From Eledone cirrhosa (taxonomy: Eukaryota): DNA of 64,000 nucleotides. Numbering within the stretch: the first letter of the stretch is position 1; each line of letters starts with the position of its first letter. Both the position numbers and the translations under genes were made by a program. Where the stretch lies: positions 33,728,001 through 33,792,000 of the forward strand of contig OZ024754.1 of assembly GCA_964016885.1 (NCBI GenBank). The letters run 5' to 3'. Shown here piece by piece: positions 25,539 to 38,660 of this stretch. Below the pieces are notes generated by a model. The model did not search any database. It was not told where the DNA came from and saw only the letters and a list, made by a program, of their open reading frames with translations.

Positions 25539-26281
25539 TTAACCAATATACATTTACCAAAGATATGAATATACATATATATACATTGTGAATATATTCT
25601 GCTAAAATGTTGTATAAGCTTTAGGAAACTTCTTACTTGATAAAGCAGTTGGTAGTTTGTATTCTAAGTTAGGACATACATGTGTTTATCAAGTCAATGA
25701 CATTGTCACTGATTACATAGATTTACAAAGATACAATTTGGAAACACATTTGCCCAAGTTAGAAAGATGTACATACAAATACTAATTTGTGCATTTGCAT
25801 TAGAAAAATATATCTATGTTCATGTTAGAAAGATATATATACACATACATGTGTGCCCATGTTATGAAAATATACGTACATACATATGCATATTATGTAT
25901 ACATACATATATACATGTGCTCATGTATTAGCGATAATACCTATGAATGTAGTCTTGGTGGCAAATTGGCTGAGCCATTAAAATATCAGATAGGATATTT
26001 GTCTTTCATCTTTTCAAGGTTGATAAAAAAAGTACCAGTCAAGTACTGGGTCATTTCTTACTTTTTTATCTCTTTCTCACTTCTTCTCTATCACCATATT
26101 GTCTTCTTTGGAAGAAATCAGCTGTGTTCAAATCTCCTCAGACATTTACTAGTCATAAATGTGTAAATGTTTTAATATTTTAATGTCTCATTGATAAAAA
26201 TTATTAAAATTCATATATAATTTTTTTCAGAAATAATGTTTTTTTTTCTTTGTTTGTTGTTTTTTGTTGCTGTTGTTTTAG

Positions 26282-26384
26282 ATTTGCCAGCAATATTGAA
26301 GATGGCTCCCACTACTTTATTCTTCTGATCATCACAGACGGTGTCATAACTGACATGAGCCAAACTATCAAATCAATTATTCAG
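26282..26384 (+). CDS. Copine exon h (vWA)
   Basis: tttAG/GTAAGT; FASNIEDGSHYFILLIITDGVITDMSQTIKSIIQ contains LLIITDG. Confidence 0.96.
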
Positions 26385-27021
26385 GTAAGTACCAGCAGAC
26401 CTGATTTCGGATCCATAAGATTATTGATTGTAAAGCCAGTAGGCACCTCTTAACCAAATATACACCCCCAATCCACTACCCCTACTCTATCTTCCCACTC
26501 CCACCAACACCAACCTCTCTCTGTAAAGTTGGTACCACAACATCCAGTCCGAATAAATGAGATAATGAGATCGAGATCGTGTAGGCCACGACAAAAAAAC
26601 ACACAGTCCACGCTGTAATGTGGTCGTGTAGGTAACACAGTAAAAAGTTCCCAGTTCCACACTGTAAATGTGGTTAGTGTTAGGAAGGGCATCCAGCCAT
26701 AGAAAACCTGCCAGATAGTCCTATATGAGCGAGACACGGTCACCCAACCAGCCTTGCATCAAGTGGGACAACTCCCGTCTAACCCATGCTAGCATGGAAG
26801 ATGGACGTTAAACAAAGATGATGATGATGATGAAAGCACAGGTGCTGACATAGCTGTATGGTTAAGGTGGTTAAGGTGTTTGTTTTGCAACCACATGATT
26901 TGTGGTTTTGTCATACTGCATGCAAACTTGAGCAAGTGACTTCTACTATTGCCTCGGGTTAATCAACAATTTGTAAGTGGAATTAGGAATTAGATAGACA
27001 AAAATTGCAGAAGCTTATCAT

Positions 27022-28845
27022 GTGTACTGGGTTCTTTTTGTTGTGACACCTACACAACCACTTTACAGTGAAAACTGGACACTTTTTATCATGACACCAA
27101 CACAACCACTTTACAATGTGAACTGGGTGACTTTTGTTGTGACACCTACACAACCACTTTACAGTGAAAACTGGACACTTTTTATCATGACACCAACACA
27201 ACCACTTTACAATGTGAACTGGGTGACTTTTGTTGTGACACCAACACAACCACTTTACAATGTGAACTGGGTGACTTTTGTTGTGACACCTACACAACCA
27301 CTTTACAGTGAAAACTGGACACTTTTTATCATGACACCAACACAACCACTTTACAATGTGAACTGGGTGACTTTTGTTGTGACACCAACACAACCACTTT
27401 ACAATGTGAACTGGGTGACTTTTGTTGTGACACCTACACAACCACTTTACAGTGAAAACTGGACACTTTTTATCATGACACCAACACAACCACTTTACAA
27501 TGTGTACTGGGTGACTTTTGTTGTGACACCAACACAACCACTTTACAGTGTGAACTGGGTGACTTTTGTTGTGACACCTACACAACCACTTTACAGTGAA
27601 AACTGGACACTTTTTATCATGACACCAACACAACCACTTTACAATGTGAACTGGGTGACTTTTGTTGTGACACCAACACAACCACTTTACAATGTGAACT
27701 GGGTGACTTTTGTTGTGACACCTACACAACCACTTTACAGTGAAAACTGGACACTTTTTATCATGACACCAACACAACCACTTTACAATGTGTACTGGGT
27801 TCTTTTTGTTGTGACACCAACACAACCACTTTACAGTGTGAACTGGGTGACTTTTGTTGTGACACCTACACAACCACTTTACAGTGAAAACTGGACACTT
27901 TTTATCATGACACCAACACAACCACTTTACAATGTGTACTGGGTGACTTTTGTTGTGACACCAACACAACCACTTTACAGTGTGAACTGGGTGACTTTTG
28001 TTGTGACACCTACACAACCACTTTACAGTGAAAACTGGACACTTTTTATCATGACACCAACACAACCACTTTACAATGTGAACTGGGTGACTTTTGTTGT
28101 GACACCAACACAACCACTTTACAATGTGAACTGGGTGACTTTTGTTGTGACACCTACACAACCACTTTACAGTGAAAACTGGACACTTTTTATCATGACA
28201 CCAACACAACCACTTTACAATGTGTACTGGGTTCTTTTTGTTGTGACACCAACACAACCACTTTACAGTGTGAACTGGGTGACTTTTGTTGTGACACCTA
28301 CACAACCACTTTACAGTGAAAACTGGACACTTTTTATCATGACACCAACACAACCACTTTACAATGTGAACTGGGTGACTTTTGTTGTGACACCAACACA
28401 ACCACTTTACAATGTGAACTGGGTGACTTTTGTTGTGACACCTACGCAACCACTTTACAGTGAAAACTGGACACTTTTTATCATGACACCAACACAACCA
28501 CTTTACAATGTGTACTGGGTGACTTTTGTTGTGACACCAACACAACCACTTTACAGTGTGAACTGGGTGACTTTTGTTGTGACACCTACACAACCACTTT
28601 ACAGTGAAAACTGGACACTTTTTATCATGACACCAACACAACCACTTTACAATGTGAACTGGGTGACTTTTGTTGTGACACCAACACAACCACTTTACAA
28701 TGTGAACTGGGTGACTTTTGTTGTGACACCAACACAACCACTTTACAGTGAAAACTGGACACTTTTTATCATGAGACCAACACAACCACTTTACAATGTG
28801 AACTGGGTGACTTTTGTTGTGACACCAACACAACCACTTTACAGA
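27022..28845. repeat. 48-bp minisatellite (about 38 copies) with higher-order structure
   Basis: Unit ACACCAACACAACCACTTTACAATGTGAACTGGGTGACTTTTGTTGTG; the variant ..AGTGAAAACTGGACACTTTTTATCATG recurs about every third unit. Confidence 0.95.
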
Positions 28846-29103
28846 GTAGTATGTATACACTATATATACAGTAAGAAAAAGGTAAAAACCCATTCAGCTT
28901 GGCATCAATGTCCTTAAAACTTATTTCTCTAGCTGACTGGACTGGAACAACAAGAAATAAAGTGCCCTTCCGAAGGACAATTAACTGCTGAATCTAAGAA
29001 TTGAACTGGTGGCCGTAACTCACACTAACCACTAAGCCACATGACTTCACTTCGGCTCCAATTGAAGAAAATTCTCTAAAAATGTATGTATTTTATTTTG
29101 CAG

Positions 29104-29161
29104 GCTTCCTACTTACCAATGTCGATTATAATTGTCGGAGTAGGGAGTGCGGATTTTGAAG
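29104..29161 (+). CDS. Copine exon i (vWA)
   Basis: ttgcAG/GTTTGT; ASYLPMSIIIVGVGSADFE. Confidence 0.96.
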
Positions 29162-29442
29162 GTTTGTATTTGTATCTTTTTTTTGTTCCAATTTTTCAGG
29201 AAGTCTGTGGGGATGGGGGGGGGGTAAATAAAGTGGAGGGTGGAGGAGTGAAAGAGAGGAGACGAAGAGGTGGAGGTGTGGACATATACATATCTGATCT
29301 CTCGGAGTTTTATAGCCAATGGCAAAATATCCCATCTTTAAGTGTCTTCACTCTATTTTATAAACAATTTTATAACATCTCCATGCATAAGCACACCACA
29401 CTTTATATTTTAATTGTCTTTGTTTTAATTTTCACTTTATAG

Positions 29443-29516
29443 CTATGAATATTTTGGACTCTGATGATGGTCTGTTGCACTCCGGGCAACTGGTTGCCCA
29501 AAGAGATATTGTTCAG
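29443..29516 (+). CDS. Copine exon j (vWA)
   Basis: tatAG/GTAAAA; (A)MNILDSDDGLLHSGQLVAQRDIVQ contains RDIVQ. Confidence 0.95.
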
Positions 29517-29959
29517 GTAAAAGTCTAATATTTCAATATCTGAATTTGAATTTTGAGATTTCCTAATAGAATTTTATTTTTATGTCCACCTTATTCATGA
29601 GGGTCATTATTATTGTTTCTTAAATATATAATATACATTTATCATCATCATCATTAACATTGTTGTTTTAATGTCTGCTTTCCCTGTTAGAAAAGGTTGG
29701 CTAAGCCTATATAGACCACGTCAGTACAGAAGCTGAGCCACTGAACTCCCAGGCAGGCTAGGAAACTATGCACTTATGTACGGTCTCACATTCCATTGAG
29801 TGCTCAGACAAGGTTGTCATGCCTTTGACACAACCAATCCTTTGTTTGGAAAGATTTCTACCCCTGGATACTCTTCTTATTACCAACCGTTTATCATGTA
29901 AATCACCATTTTTTAATTTATAAATTTTTTTCTCATTTATTTCTCTTTTCTTCTGACAG

Positions 29960-30118
29960 TTTGTTCCATTTCGAGACTTTCTCGGTGGTCAATATGGGAG
30001 CCGCATGCAAGTCAGTCAAGCATATCTCGCTAAAGAGGTCTTAGCAGAAATTCCAGACCAATTCCTATCATATATGAAGCTCCACGGTATACTACCAGCT
30101 TCTCCGACTGAAGGTTAA
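29960..30118 (+). CDS. Copine terminal coding exon
   Basis: gacAG acceptor; FVPFRDFLGGQYGSRMQVSQAYLAKEVLAEIPDQFLSYMKLHGILPASPTEG then TAA (30116-30118). All 11 exons join in frame. Confidence 0.95.
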   Translation, partial: FVPFRDFLGGQYGSRMQVSQAYLAKEVLAEIPDQFLSYMKLHGILPASPTEG

Positions 30119-30950
30119 AAATCTCCCAAATTGAGCTTTCCTGCAGCATAAAAAGAATGAACAAAGAAGTTAACTGCCAAACTAGGGTTTGTAGTGAGAC
30201 AAAAGTACATTTTTCATAGTATTTTTTTTTTTTTTCAATGAAATCAACTCCTATGTATTACCTAAATACAGGTCAAACAGATTAAAGATTATCTTCATAA
30301 GGACCTATAGCACACACAAACACACACAGTGTGTCTCAAGGTGGGGTACATGCTACACTGGTGTGGTGTGGAACTTTGAACAAGGTGTGTATGCTATGGC
30401 TTATACTAATTTCTACTTATGAAGGAAACTTATAGCAAATCTTATTTATAGCAAACACAAACCAGAACTAACTTGAAATGGCAAAGCTAGTTTGCATAAC
30501 ATACATTCATTGGCAAGGTGATTGATAAAATAATATGACACACATACACACATATATATGTGTGTGTGTATGTGTGTATGTGTGTGTGAGTGTGTGCATG
30601 TGTGCGTTTAGAACAATGAAAACAAAACGAAGTCAGAGATAGGTAGTTAATTAGTTCATTGTTTTACAATTGTTTCAGAGGGTTGATTGATCTATAGATA
30701 TATATGATATATATGTATATATCATATGTATATATATTATATGTATATATGAGGAAATTACTTCCCATAAATTGAATGAGGTATACTAACTGGTTAATAT
30801 TAATAAATGGAAATTTGAAAGTCATCCAGTTGTAAAAATAATTGTTCGATTGAAACAAATAAACATTCTTTATGTGACAAAAACGATGAGTCATCATTTT
30901 GACTTCTGAAGTATTACCCCTGATGAGCCATTCAGAGTAACACCGCAGTG

Positions 30951-30956
30951 AATAAA
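30951..30956 (+). promoter_or_regulatory. Candidate polyadenylation signal for copine
   Basis: AATAAA about 830 nt after the stop (another at 30858). The background is AT-rich, so this is weak. Confidence 0.25.
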
Positions 30957-31474
30957 TTATGCAAATAATGAAAAAAAAATTAAAAATTGATATTAAGTAA
31001 TGGTTTCTAATTATGGCAAAGGGTGAGAAATTTTTAAGAGACGGTGGGAAAGACAGCTAAACTGACTCCCAGTACTGGACTGGTATTTTATTTTATTGAA
31101 AACCACCACCATTTCCTTCCTTAGAAGGATGAAAGGTAAAGTTGACCTCAGTGGGATTTGAACTCAGAATGTAAAAAAACTAGAACAAATACTGCAAAGC
31201 ATTTCTTCTGGATTTTTAACAATTTTGTCAATCCACTGCCTAAAGATGGATGAAGAAAAATAAAATTTAAAAAAATTTTGAATGGAAATATTCAGATTCC
31301 GAAAACTTTGAGATATGAAATAATTTTTCAGATGCAGAAATCATTCTTAGGCCAGTTTCTCTGCTAAAACTGAGGATAGCATTGCAGACCCCATGATAGG
31401 GTCCTTTTTGAGGCATTTTATAGTTGGATGTCCTTCCTGGCACAAACCCATTTAGTTGCCTCTTACAATCCACA

Positions 31475-32250
31475 GGGATATGGCATACCTATTGTAAACT
31501 GGGTACATACAAGGATTGGATGTACTTATTCTAAATTAGATACATACAGAGATATGGTGTACCTATTCAAAATTGAATACATACAGGGGTATAATGTACC
31601 TATTTAAAATTGAATACATACAGGGGTATGATGTACCTATTCTAAATTGAATACATACAGGGGTATGATGTACCTATTCTAAACTGAATACATACAGGGG
31701 TATGATATACCTATTCTAAACTGAATACATACAGGGGTATAATGTACCTATTCTAAACTGAATACATACAGGGGTATAATGTACCTATTCTAAACTGAAT
31801 ACATACAGGGGTATAATGTACCTATTCTAAACTGAATACATACAGGGGTATGATGTACCTATTCTAAACTGAATACATACAGGGGTATGATGTACCTATT
31901 CTAAACTGAATACATACAGGGGTATAATGTACCTATTCTAAACTGAATACATACAGGGGTATGATGTACCTATTCTAAACTGAATACATACAGGGGTATA
32001 ATGTACCTATTCTAAACTGAATACATACAGGGGTATAATGTACCTATTCTAAACTGAATACATACAGGGGTATGATGTACCTATTCTAAACTGAATACAT
32101 ACAGGGGTATAATGTACCTATTCTAAACTGAATACATACAGGGGTATGATGTACCTATTCTAAACTGAATACATACAGGGGTATGATGTACCTATTCTAA
32201 ACTGGATACATACAGGGGTATGATGTACCTATTCTAAACTGGATACACAG
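31475..32250. repeat. 37-bp minisatellite, about 20 copies
   Basis: Unit TACATACAGGGGTATGATGTACCTATTCTAAACTGAA. Confidence 0.95.
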
Positions 32251-32533
32251 AAGTTACTGAAACTAAATACAACACAAGCATTGTAAGGCTATTTTCCCTT
32301 CTAAATCAGGGGTTAAACTTGTACGTCCCATGACAGGGTCATTTACATTTTGGAGAATGGTGGTGCTAATTAAATCAACTCCAGTATTTGACAGACTTTT
32401 ATTTTATTACCCCCTCTTCAACCACAGGGTCATCAGATGACCCTGTGGTAAACAGGCAAAATTCCAAAATAACAAGACTCACTATTTATCCTTAATAAAA
32501 TAGTTAAACTCTTTTCTCTCATCCATCAACTAC

Positions 32534-32610
<77 letters not shown>

Positions 32611-32667
32611 GATTTGAAAAGGAAGTAAGGTTCTATACAAAACAGGGCTTATAGAGAAAAGCTGGGA

Positions 32668-33090
32668 TTTCTTCTTTGATTCGTCAAAGTGACATTATTG
32701 AAAAGATGAATGGAACAATTCTTTTAAAAAAGAGTTTTATAAAGTATATAAAGTATAACTGGTTTCAGTGTATCTTATCAAATATAGAATATTACAATTA
32801 AAAAGAATAACATTTTTTTTTTATTTAAAATTAAGTGTTGAAAAGGTCTGTTCATCTTTCTTGTTGAACAGACCTTAATTTAACACTTTAATTTAACACT
32901 TAGTTTTAAATTTTTTATTTTATATTCTTTTTAATTCATTTTAATTGTAATATTCAACATTTGATAAGAAAGTTCACACTGATACATTGAAACCGGTTAT
33001 ATTTTATATACATTATCAAACTTCTTTTTTTTTAAAGAATTGTTCCTTTCATTTTTTCATTAATGTGACTTTGACAAATCAAAGAAGAAA
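32668..33090. mobile_element. Fold-back palindrome with ~190-bp arms and a degenerate hammerhead-like core
   Basis: ttcttctttgattcgtcaaagt...aaggtctgttca / tgaacagacctt...actttgacaaatcaaagaagaa; TTGATAA 32961 ... GAAACCGGTT 32989. Confidence 0.55.
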
Positions 33091-33163
33091 AAAAGAAAAA
33101 CAGATCCTTAAATATATTTTCTGTGCTATTTCCAATTCCAACTTTACTCTCTCTCTCTCTCTC

Positions 33164-33226
<63 letters not shown>

Positions 33227-33404
33227 GAATAAGAAGTGTAAGTCAACAGGTTAAAATTAACTTCGTTTATTCGTAGTCGCTGTTATAAATATACCCCAGA
33301 GTAAACAGATCCACCTGTGCACTTCGTCGGGTGCTCTACCCTGCAAACTGATGTGTCGGTAATTAACCAACATATACTTGAATTAAATTTTTTTTTTTTT
33401 TTTT

Positions 33405-33611
33405 TCATTTTTTACGTCCGCTTTTTCCCTGCTTGCAAGGGTGGGACGGGAACTGATGCTGGCTTGATTTCTACAGCTGGATGCCCTTCCTAACACCAAC
33501 CTCATTTACAGTGAGTGCTGGGTGCTTTTTTGCCGTGGCACCTCCACGACCACTTTGCAGTGGAATGATAGGGACCCCAGTCCCTATCATCTCATTTCTA
33601 CAGCTGAGTAA
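33405..33611 (-). mobile_element. SINE family B 3' half
   Basis: Reverse complement of 25313-25518. Confidence 0.85.
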
Positions 33612-33928
33612 ATATATATGTATGTAAAAGGTAAACAGAAATAACAACACAATCGGTACAGTATATGGAAGGTATATATTAGGTTAACGCATCAAGTGTT
33701 CATCTTGGTGGTATGCCAAGATGAGCACTCGATGCTCATGGGGAGCAGAGTATCAATAATAATATTAAAAGGGAACCAAAGAATCAACATTGCATCATTT
33801 ACATATTTAATTGATTGTTCCTATATAATAAAAGTTTTCATTAATTAATTTAAATAGCGTACTTTATTTAAAATATAGGAACAAGAGATTTAAGGGAAGC
33901 CACTACTATTAAAACAACTGAAAAACCT

Positions 33929-34505
33929 CCTATGAGATACAACCTCGCAGGAAACCAGCTAAACCTGCATATGAGATACAACCTTGCAGGAAACCAGCTA
34001 AACCTGCATATGAGATACAACCTCGCAGGAAACCAGCATATGAGATACAACCTCACAGGAGACCAGCTAAACCTGCCTATGAGATACAACCTCGCAGGAA
34101 ACCAGCTAAACCTCCCTATGAGATACAACCTCGCAGGAAACCAGCTAAACCTGCCTATGAGATACAACCTCGCAGGAAACCAGCTAAACCTGCCTATGAG
34201 ATACAACCTCGCAGGAAACCAGCTAAACCTCCCTATGAGATACAACCTCGCAGGAAACCAGCTAAACCTGCCTATGAGATACAACCTCGCAGGAAACCAG
34301 CTAAACCTGCCTATGAGATACAACCTCGCAGGAAACCAGCTAAACCTGCCTATGAGATACAACCTCGCAGGAAACCAGCTAAACCTGCCTATGAGATACA
34401 ACCTCGCAGGAAACCAGCTAAACCTGCCTATGAGATACAACCTCGCAGGAAACCAGCTAAACCTGCATATGAGATACAACCTCGCAGGAAACCAGCTAAA
34501 GCTGC
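33929..34505. repeat. 39-bp minisatellite, about 15 copies
   Basis: Unit TATGAGATACAACCTCGCAGGAAACCAGCTAAACCTGCC. Confidence 0.95.
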
Positions 34506-34739
34506 ATAGCTGGAACAACATACATACATGCATGTGTGTGTGTGTGTGCAAGAAGCCCCTATCATTAAAACACCTCCATAAACTTCCTATGAGATGCAAT
34601 CTCACAGGAAGTCAGCTAAACTAACGTAGGTATAAGCTATAAGAACAACAGACTTATGTTTATGTGTATGATGTATGTATAATCTTTTGTTATATCATTA
34701 GTCAACCCAATGATATCATAAAAATACTTGAAAATTAAT

Positions 34740-34943
34740 GGTTTCTGATTTAGGCACAAGGCCAACAATTTTGGTGGGGGGGCGGTGAAGTCGTCTAAAT
34801 CAACCACAGTGTATTACTGGTTTTTTATTTTATCGACTCTGTAAGGATGAAAGGCAAAGCTGACCTCAGCAGGATTTAAACTCAGAGCATAAAGGGCCGT
34901 AACACTATGTCACAAAGCCAATACTGCCAATCCACCACCCTTT
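34740..34943 (-). mobile_element. SINE family A with 19-bp TSD
   Basis: AAAATACTTGAAAATTAAT at 34721-34739 and 34944-34962. Confidence 0.88.
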
Positions 34944-35186
34944 AAAATACTTGAAAATTAATAAGAACCTATCTTAAAAGAGGAATATTACATTTTGGCA
35001 GCGTAGTTATTTACATTGACCCAATTATTCATTCCATCGACTTTAGAAGTATGAACATTAGAAATAGAGATGGTCTTGGGAAAGATTGAAACTCAGTATA
35101 TAATAATAGATTCAACCAAATTAACAGACATAAAAATTTCTCTTCTTGTTGCTGTCACAAACACTGTGTTGATAGTGTGTTTGTAT

Positions 35187-35355
35187 GTGTGTTTGTATGT
35201 GTGTGTGAGTGCGTTTGTGTGTATTGGTGTTATTTTTTCTAATATGAATTCGTGTATACAACTGGTTGAGTATATTTATTTAAATTTGTGCATATATATT
35301 TTATATTGCATATATATATATATTATATATATATCTATATATTATATATATATTA

Positions 35356-35393
<38 letters not shown>

Positions 35394-35418
35394 TATAATA
35401 TATATATAATATATATAT

Positions 35419-35477
<59 letters not shown>

Positions 35478-35597
35478 ATATAAAATATATATACACAAAT
35501 TTAAATAAATATACTCAAACAGTTGTATGCACGAATTCGTATTAGAAAAAATAACACCAATACACACAAACGCACTCACTCACACATACAAACACAC
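35187..35597. repeat. Inverted duplication centred on an imperfect (TA)n tract
   Basis: ~125-bp non-TA arms with about 5 differences around ~150 bp of TA repeats. Confidence 0.88.
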
Positions 35598-35802
35598 GTG
35601 CAATTTTTATATATAATTTATATTCTAGAAAACAGGAAACGAAAATCTTCTATTTCATGACAATTGAAAATTACATTCAAACATAAAATGAATTTCTTTT
35701 TTTTTGTGCGCATGTGTAATTATAAATAGTATAGATGTTGAGAAGTATATACATTTTTATATACGCATATACATATTTTATATATATATATATATATATA
35801 TT

Positions 35803-35870
<68 letters not shown>

Positions 35871-35918
35871 TGTATATATATATATATATATATATTTGTA
35901 TATATATATATATATATT

Positions 35919-35964
<46 letters not shown>

Positions 35965-36121
35965 TATATATATATATACATATTTTATATATACATACAT
36001 ATATAGATATATATTATCCAAATGGTAGAAAAATAGTGAAAAAAGGTAAAAGCAATGAGAAAACAGCATATTGTAATTAAAAAGAACAGAGACAAAGAGG
36101 ATATATATATGTACACACACA

Positions 36122-36240
<119 letters not shown>

Positions 36241-36270
36241 TTAAAAAGTATATATTAGATATATTAAAAA

Positions 36271-36623
36271 AATGAGAGATCAAAGTTTCAGTTCAAAATA
36301 TTTTATTTATATATACACGTAACACCTGTTTCGCAAATAAATGGCTCTAAGCCACATGATGTTATGTAATCTATAACATGCAGCTCAACTTTGCTCCAAT
36401 TTTCTCATCAGATGCTATGATGATTACAACTACAGACATCTGTGAAATGTCTGAATTGTAATTGTAAATCTTATAGCATCTGATGAGAAAACTGGAGCAA
36501 AGTTGAGGTGCATATACAGAACTGTTACATAATTTCATGTGGCTTAGAGCCGTTCATTTGTGAAACAGGTGTTATGTGTGTATATGAATAAAATATGTTC
36601 AACTGAAACTTTGATCCCTCATT
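36271..36623. mobile_element. Fold-back palindrome with ~170-bp arms and extended-stem-II hammerhead cores
   Basis: + arm: GCAT CTGATGA(36480-86) [75 nt] GAAAC(36562-66) AGGT GTT^ ATGT, then AATAAA at 36587; mirrored on the - arm. Confidence 0.6.
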
Positions 36624-36841
36624 CTATAAAATAAACACTCTGCAGCTTATGTCAATAACAAAGAGATTACAGTATTAATTTCCACATTTATAGACCAAAT
36701 ATCAGATTCATATAAATGCATTGAATGATAAACTTGGTATCACCAGGAATAATCATTACTCAACAACCTGACTATATATATATTATATATATATATATAT
36801 TATATATATATATATATAGATATATAGATATAGATAGATAT

Positions 36842-36889
<48 letters not shown>

Positions 36890-36997
36890 GTGGGGCTATA
36901 CATTCATATGTACAATATATAGGTATAGAAAGAGACATACATCTATATATATCAGATATAAATAGGTATATTATATTCACTATATAAGACATATGCA

Positions 36998-37093
<96 letters not shown>

Positions 37094-37189
37094 CTTTATT
37101 TGCCACAAGGGCGCACAAGAAAAGGGGACAATACAAAGACACATGCCGGGATTTTGAAACAATTATAACAATCGAAATCCCCATGTTAA

Positions 37190-37410
37190 CCCTTTAGCAT
37201 TTAAACCGGCCATATCCGGCCAGAATTCTCTCACCTCTTTCTGTTCAAACTAACTGTATCTGGTTGCTCATACTGATGTTAAGGTATTGTACTCAAAATA
37301 AATGATATCAAAATCTCATAGATTCGATATTGTGAGAGATAAGTATGTAAAGTAAATCTTTTACCGTGAAAATATAATAGTAAATATAGAGTAATGTAAA
37401 TACTAAAGGG
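37190..37410 (+). mobile_element. piggyBac-like MITE
   Basis: TTAA TSD, CCC/GGG termini. Confidence 0.9.
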
Positions 37411-37721
37411 TTAAAGTGTATTTCAGATGTCAAATATAATAGAAACAGAACTTATGTCATCTTCCCTCTGGCATCCATGCTGTATTTTAATATCTATTTT
37501 AGTATAATGTATATTAATATAATAATAAAATACATTTTAATATAATGTATATTTACGTGGTATATTTTAATGTAGTGTATTTAACATAATGTATTTTAAC
37601 TCTGCATTTAAACATAATATTTGAGGTATTCTAGAAAATTCTCTCTAAACTTATAAATCCTTCACACTCTACACTTCAAATATATTTTCATAAATTCCAC
37701 TAATTAAATAAATGTGATGTG

Positions 37722-37933
37722 TCGATCGACTTTTGTCAAATCGTACCGAGGAAACAATGTTTCCATTGGTCTTTCCAATTGCTAATACTATCTATTGCTC
37801 GCAACTCCAGGTAGAAAGAACAACGTGAAATAAAGTGTCTTGCTCAAGGATATAATGCATCACCCGGTTCGGGAATCGAACTGACAACTTAACAATTGCG
37901 AATCCAGTTCTCTAACCAATCAGCCACACGCCT
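37722..37933 (-). mobile_element. tRNA-derived SINE family C (CORE-like head, different tail)
   Basis: Reverse complement of 51207-51420; related copies at 17860-18051, 45890-46030 and 7277-7420. Confidence 0.8.
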
Positions 37934-38139
37934 GTGATGTGTATATTTACATATATGTAAATATCCATGATCTATACAAATAGTATATACTTGTAGGCTT
38001 GAAGGCGCATGATCTAATGGTTAGGATTTAATCTACCCATATATTGCAACACTCAAATACGCCACACCCCAGCTAATTGAATACACAGTTCCACACATAA
38101 CCCAGGCTCTTTCCAAATGTTCCTTTGTCGGCATATGGA

Positions 38140-38171
<32 letters not shown>

Positions 38172-38506
38172 CTGCTTCTCAGTCAGTGTTTTGGGTAAGA
38201 CAGATGTTACTCTCCTCCTTTCTCTTTCCTGAATATATTCCTCAGACAAAGAGGCACTGTTCTTTGTAACATATCTCTGCCATGTTCTTTTATATCTTCA
38301 CTGACCTATATTGCGTACCTCTTTCTCTGATTATCAATACTAACAAAACTACTGCTCTTTGCTATAAACATTGTTAGAGATATTAGTTTTTTTCACTTGC
38401 TTGTTAAAATGTTTGCTGTGTCTGTTTTTCCAAATATACAGTGTATCAAAACAAATCATCCAATTTCAAAAGTCTATATTATATTTTATTGAAAAATGTA
38501 GCCTTT

Positions 38507-38660
38507 TGAAATCAGATGATCATCTTTGATACACATCTGAAATCGGATGATCATCTTTGATACACATCTGAAATCGGATGATCACCTTTGATACACATCT
38601 GAAATCAGATGATCATCTTTGATACACATCTGAAATCAGATGGTTCTTTTTGGTACACGT
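38507..38660. repeat. 31-bp minisatellite, 4-5 copies
   Basis: TGAAATCAGATGATCATCTTTGATACACATC. Confidence 0.9.

Noticed and set aside
26983-28917. 631-aa and 636-aa ORFs on opposite strands (Cys/His/Trp-rich on the minus strand)
   Set aside because: They are translations of a 48-bp SINE-derived tandem unit inside a copine intron; the frame stays open because the unit length is a multiple of 3.
30110-30120. Alternative donor GAAG|GTTAAA just before the copine stop
   Set aside because: Poor donor consensus and no downstream exon found; the C-terminus already has normal copine length.
30880-30950. CTGATGAG at about 30920 in the putative 3' UTR as a hammerhead
   Set aside because: No correctly placed GAAA or stems.
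33868-34624. 245-aa and 230-aa ORFs with an LRR-like look (NLAGNQL)
   Set aside because: The 13-aa period is too short for an LRR and the units are near-identical at DNA level, so this is a minisatellite.
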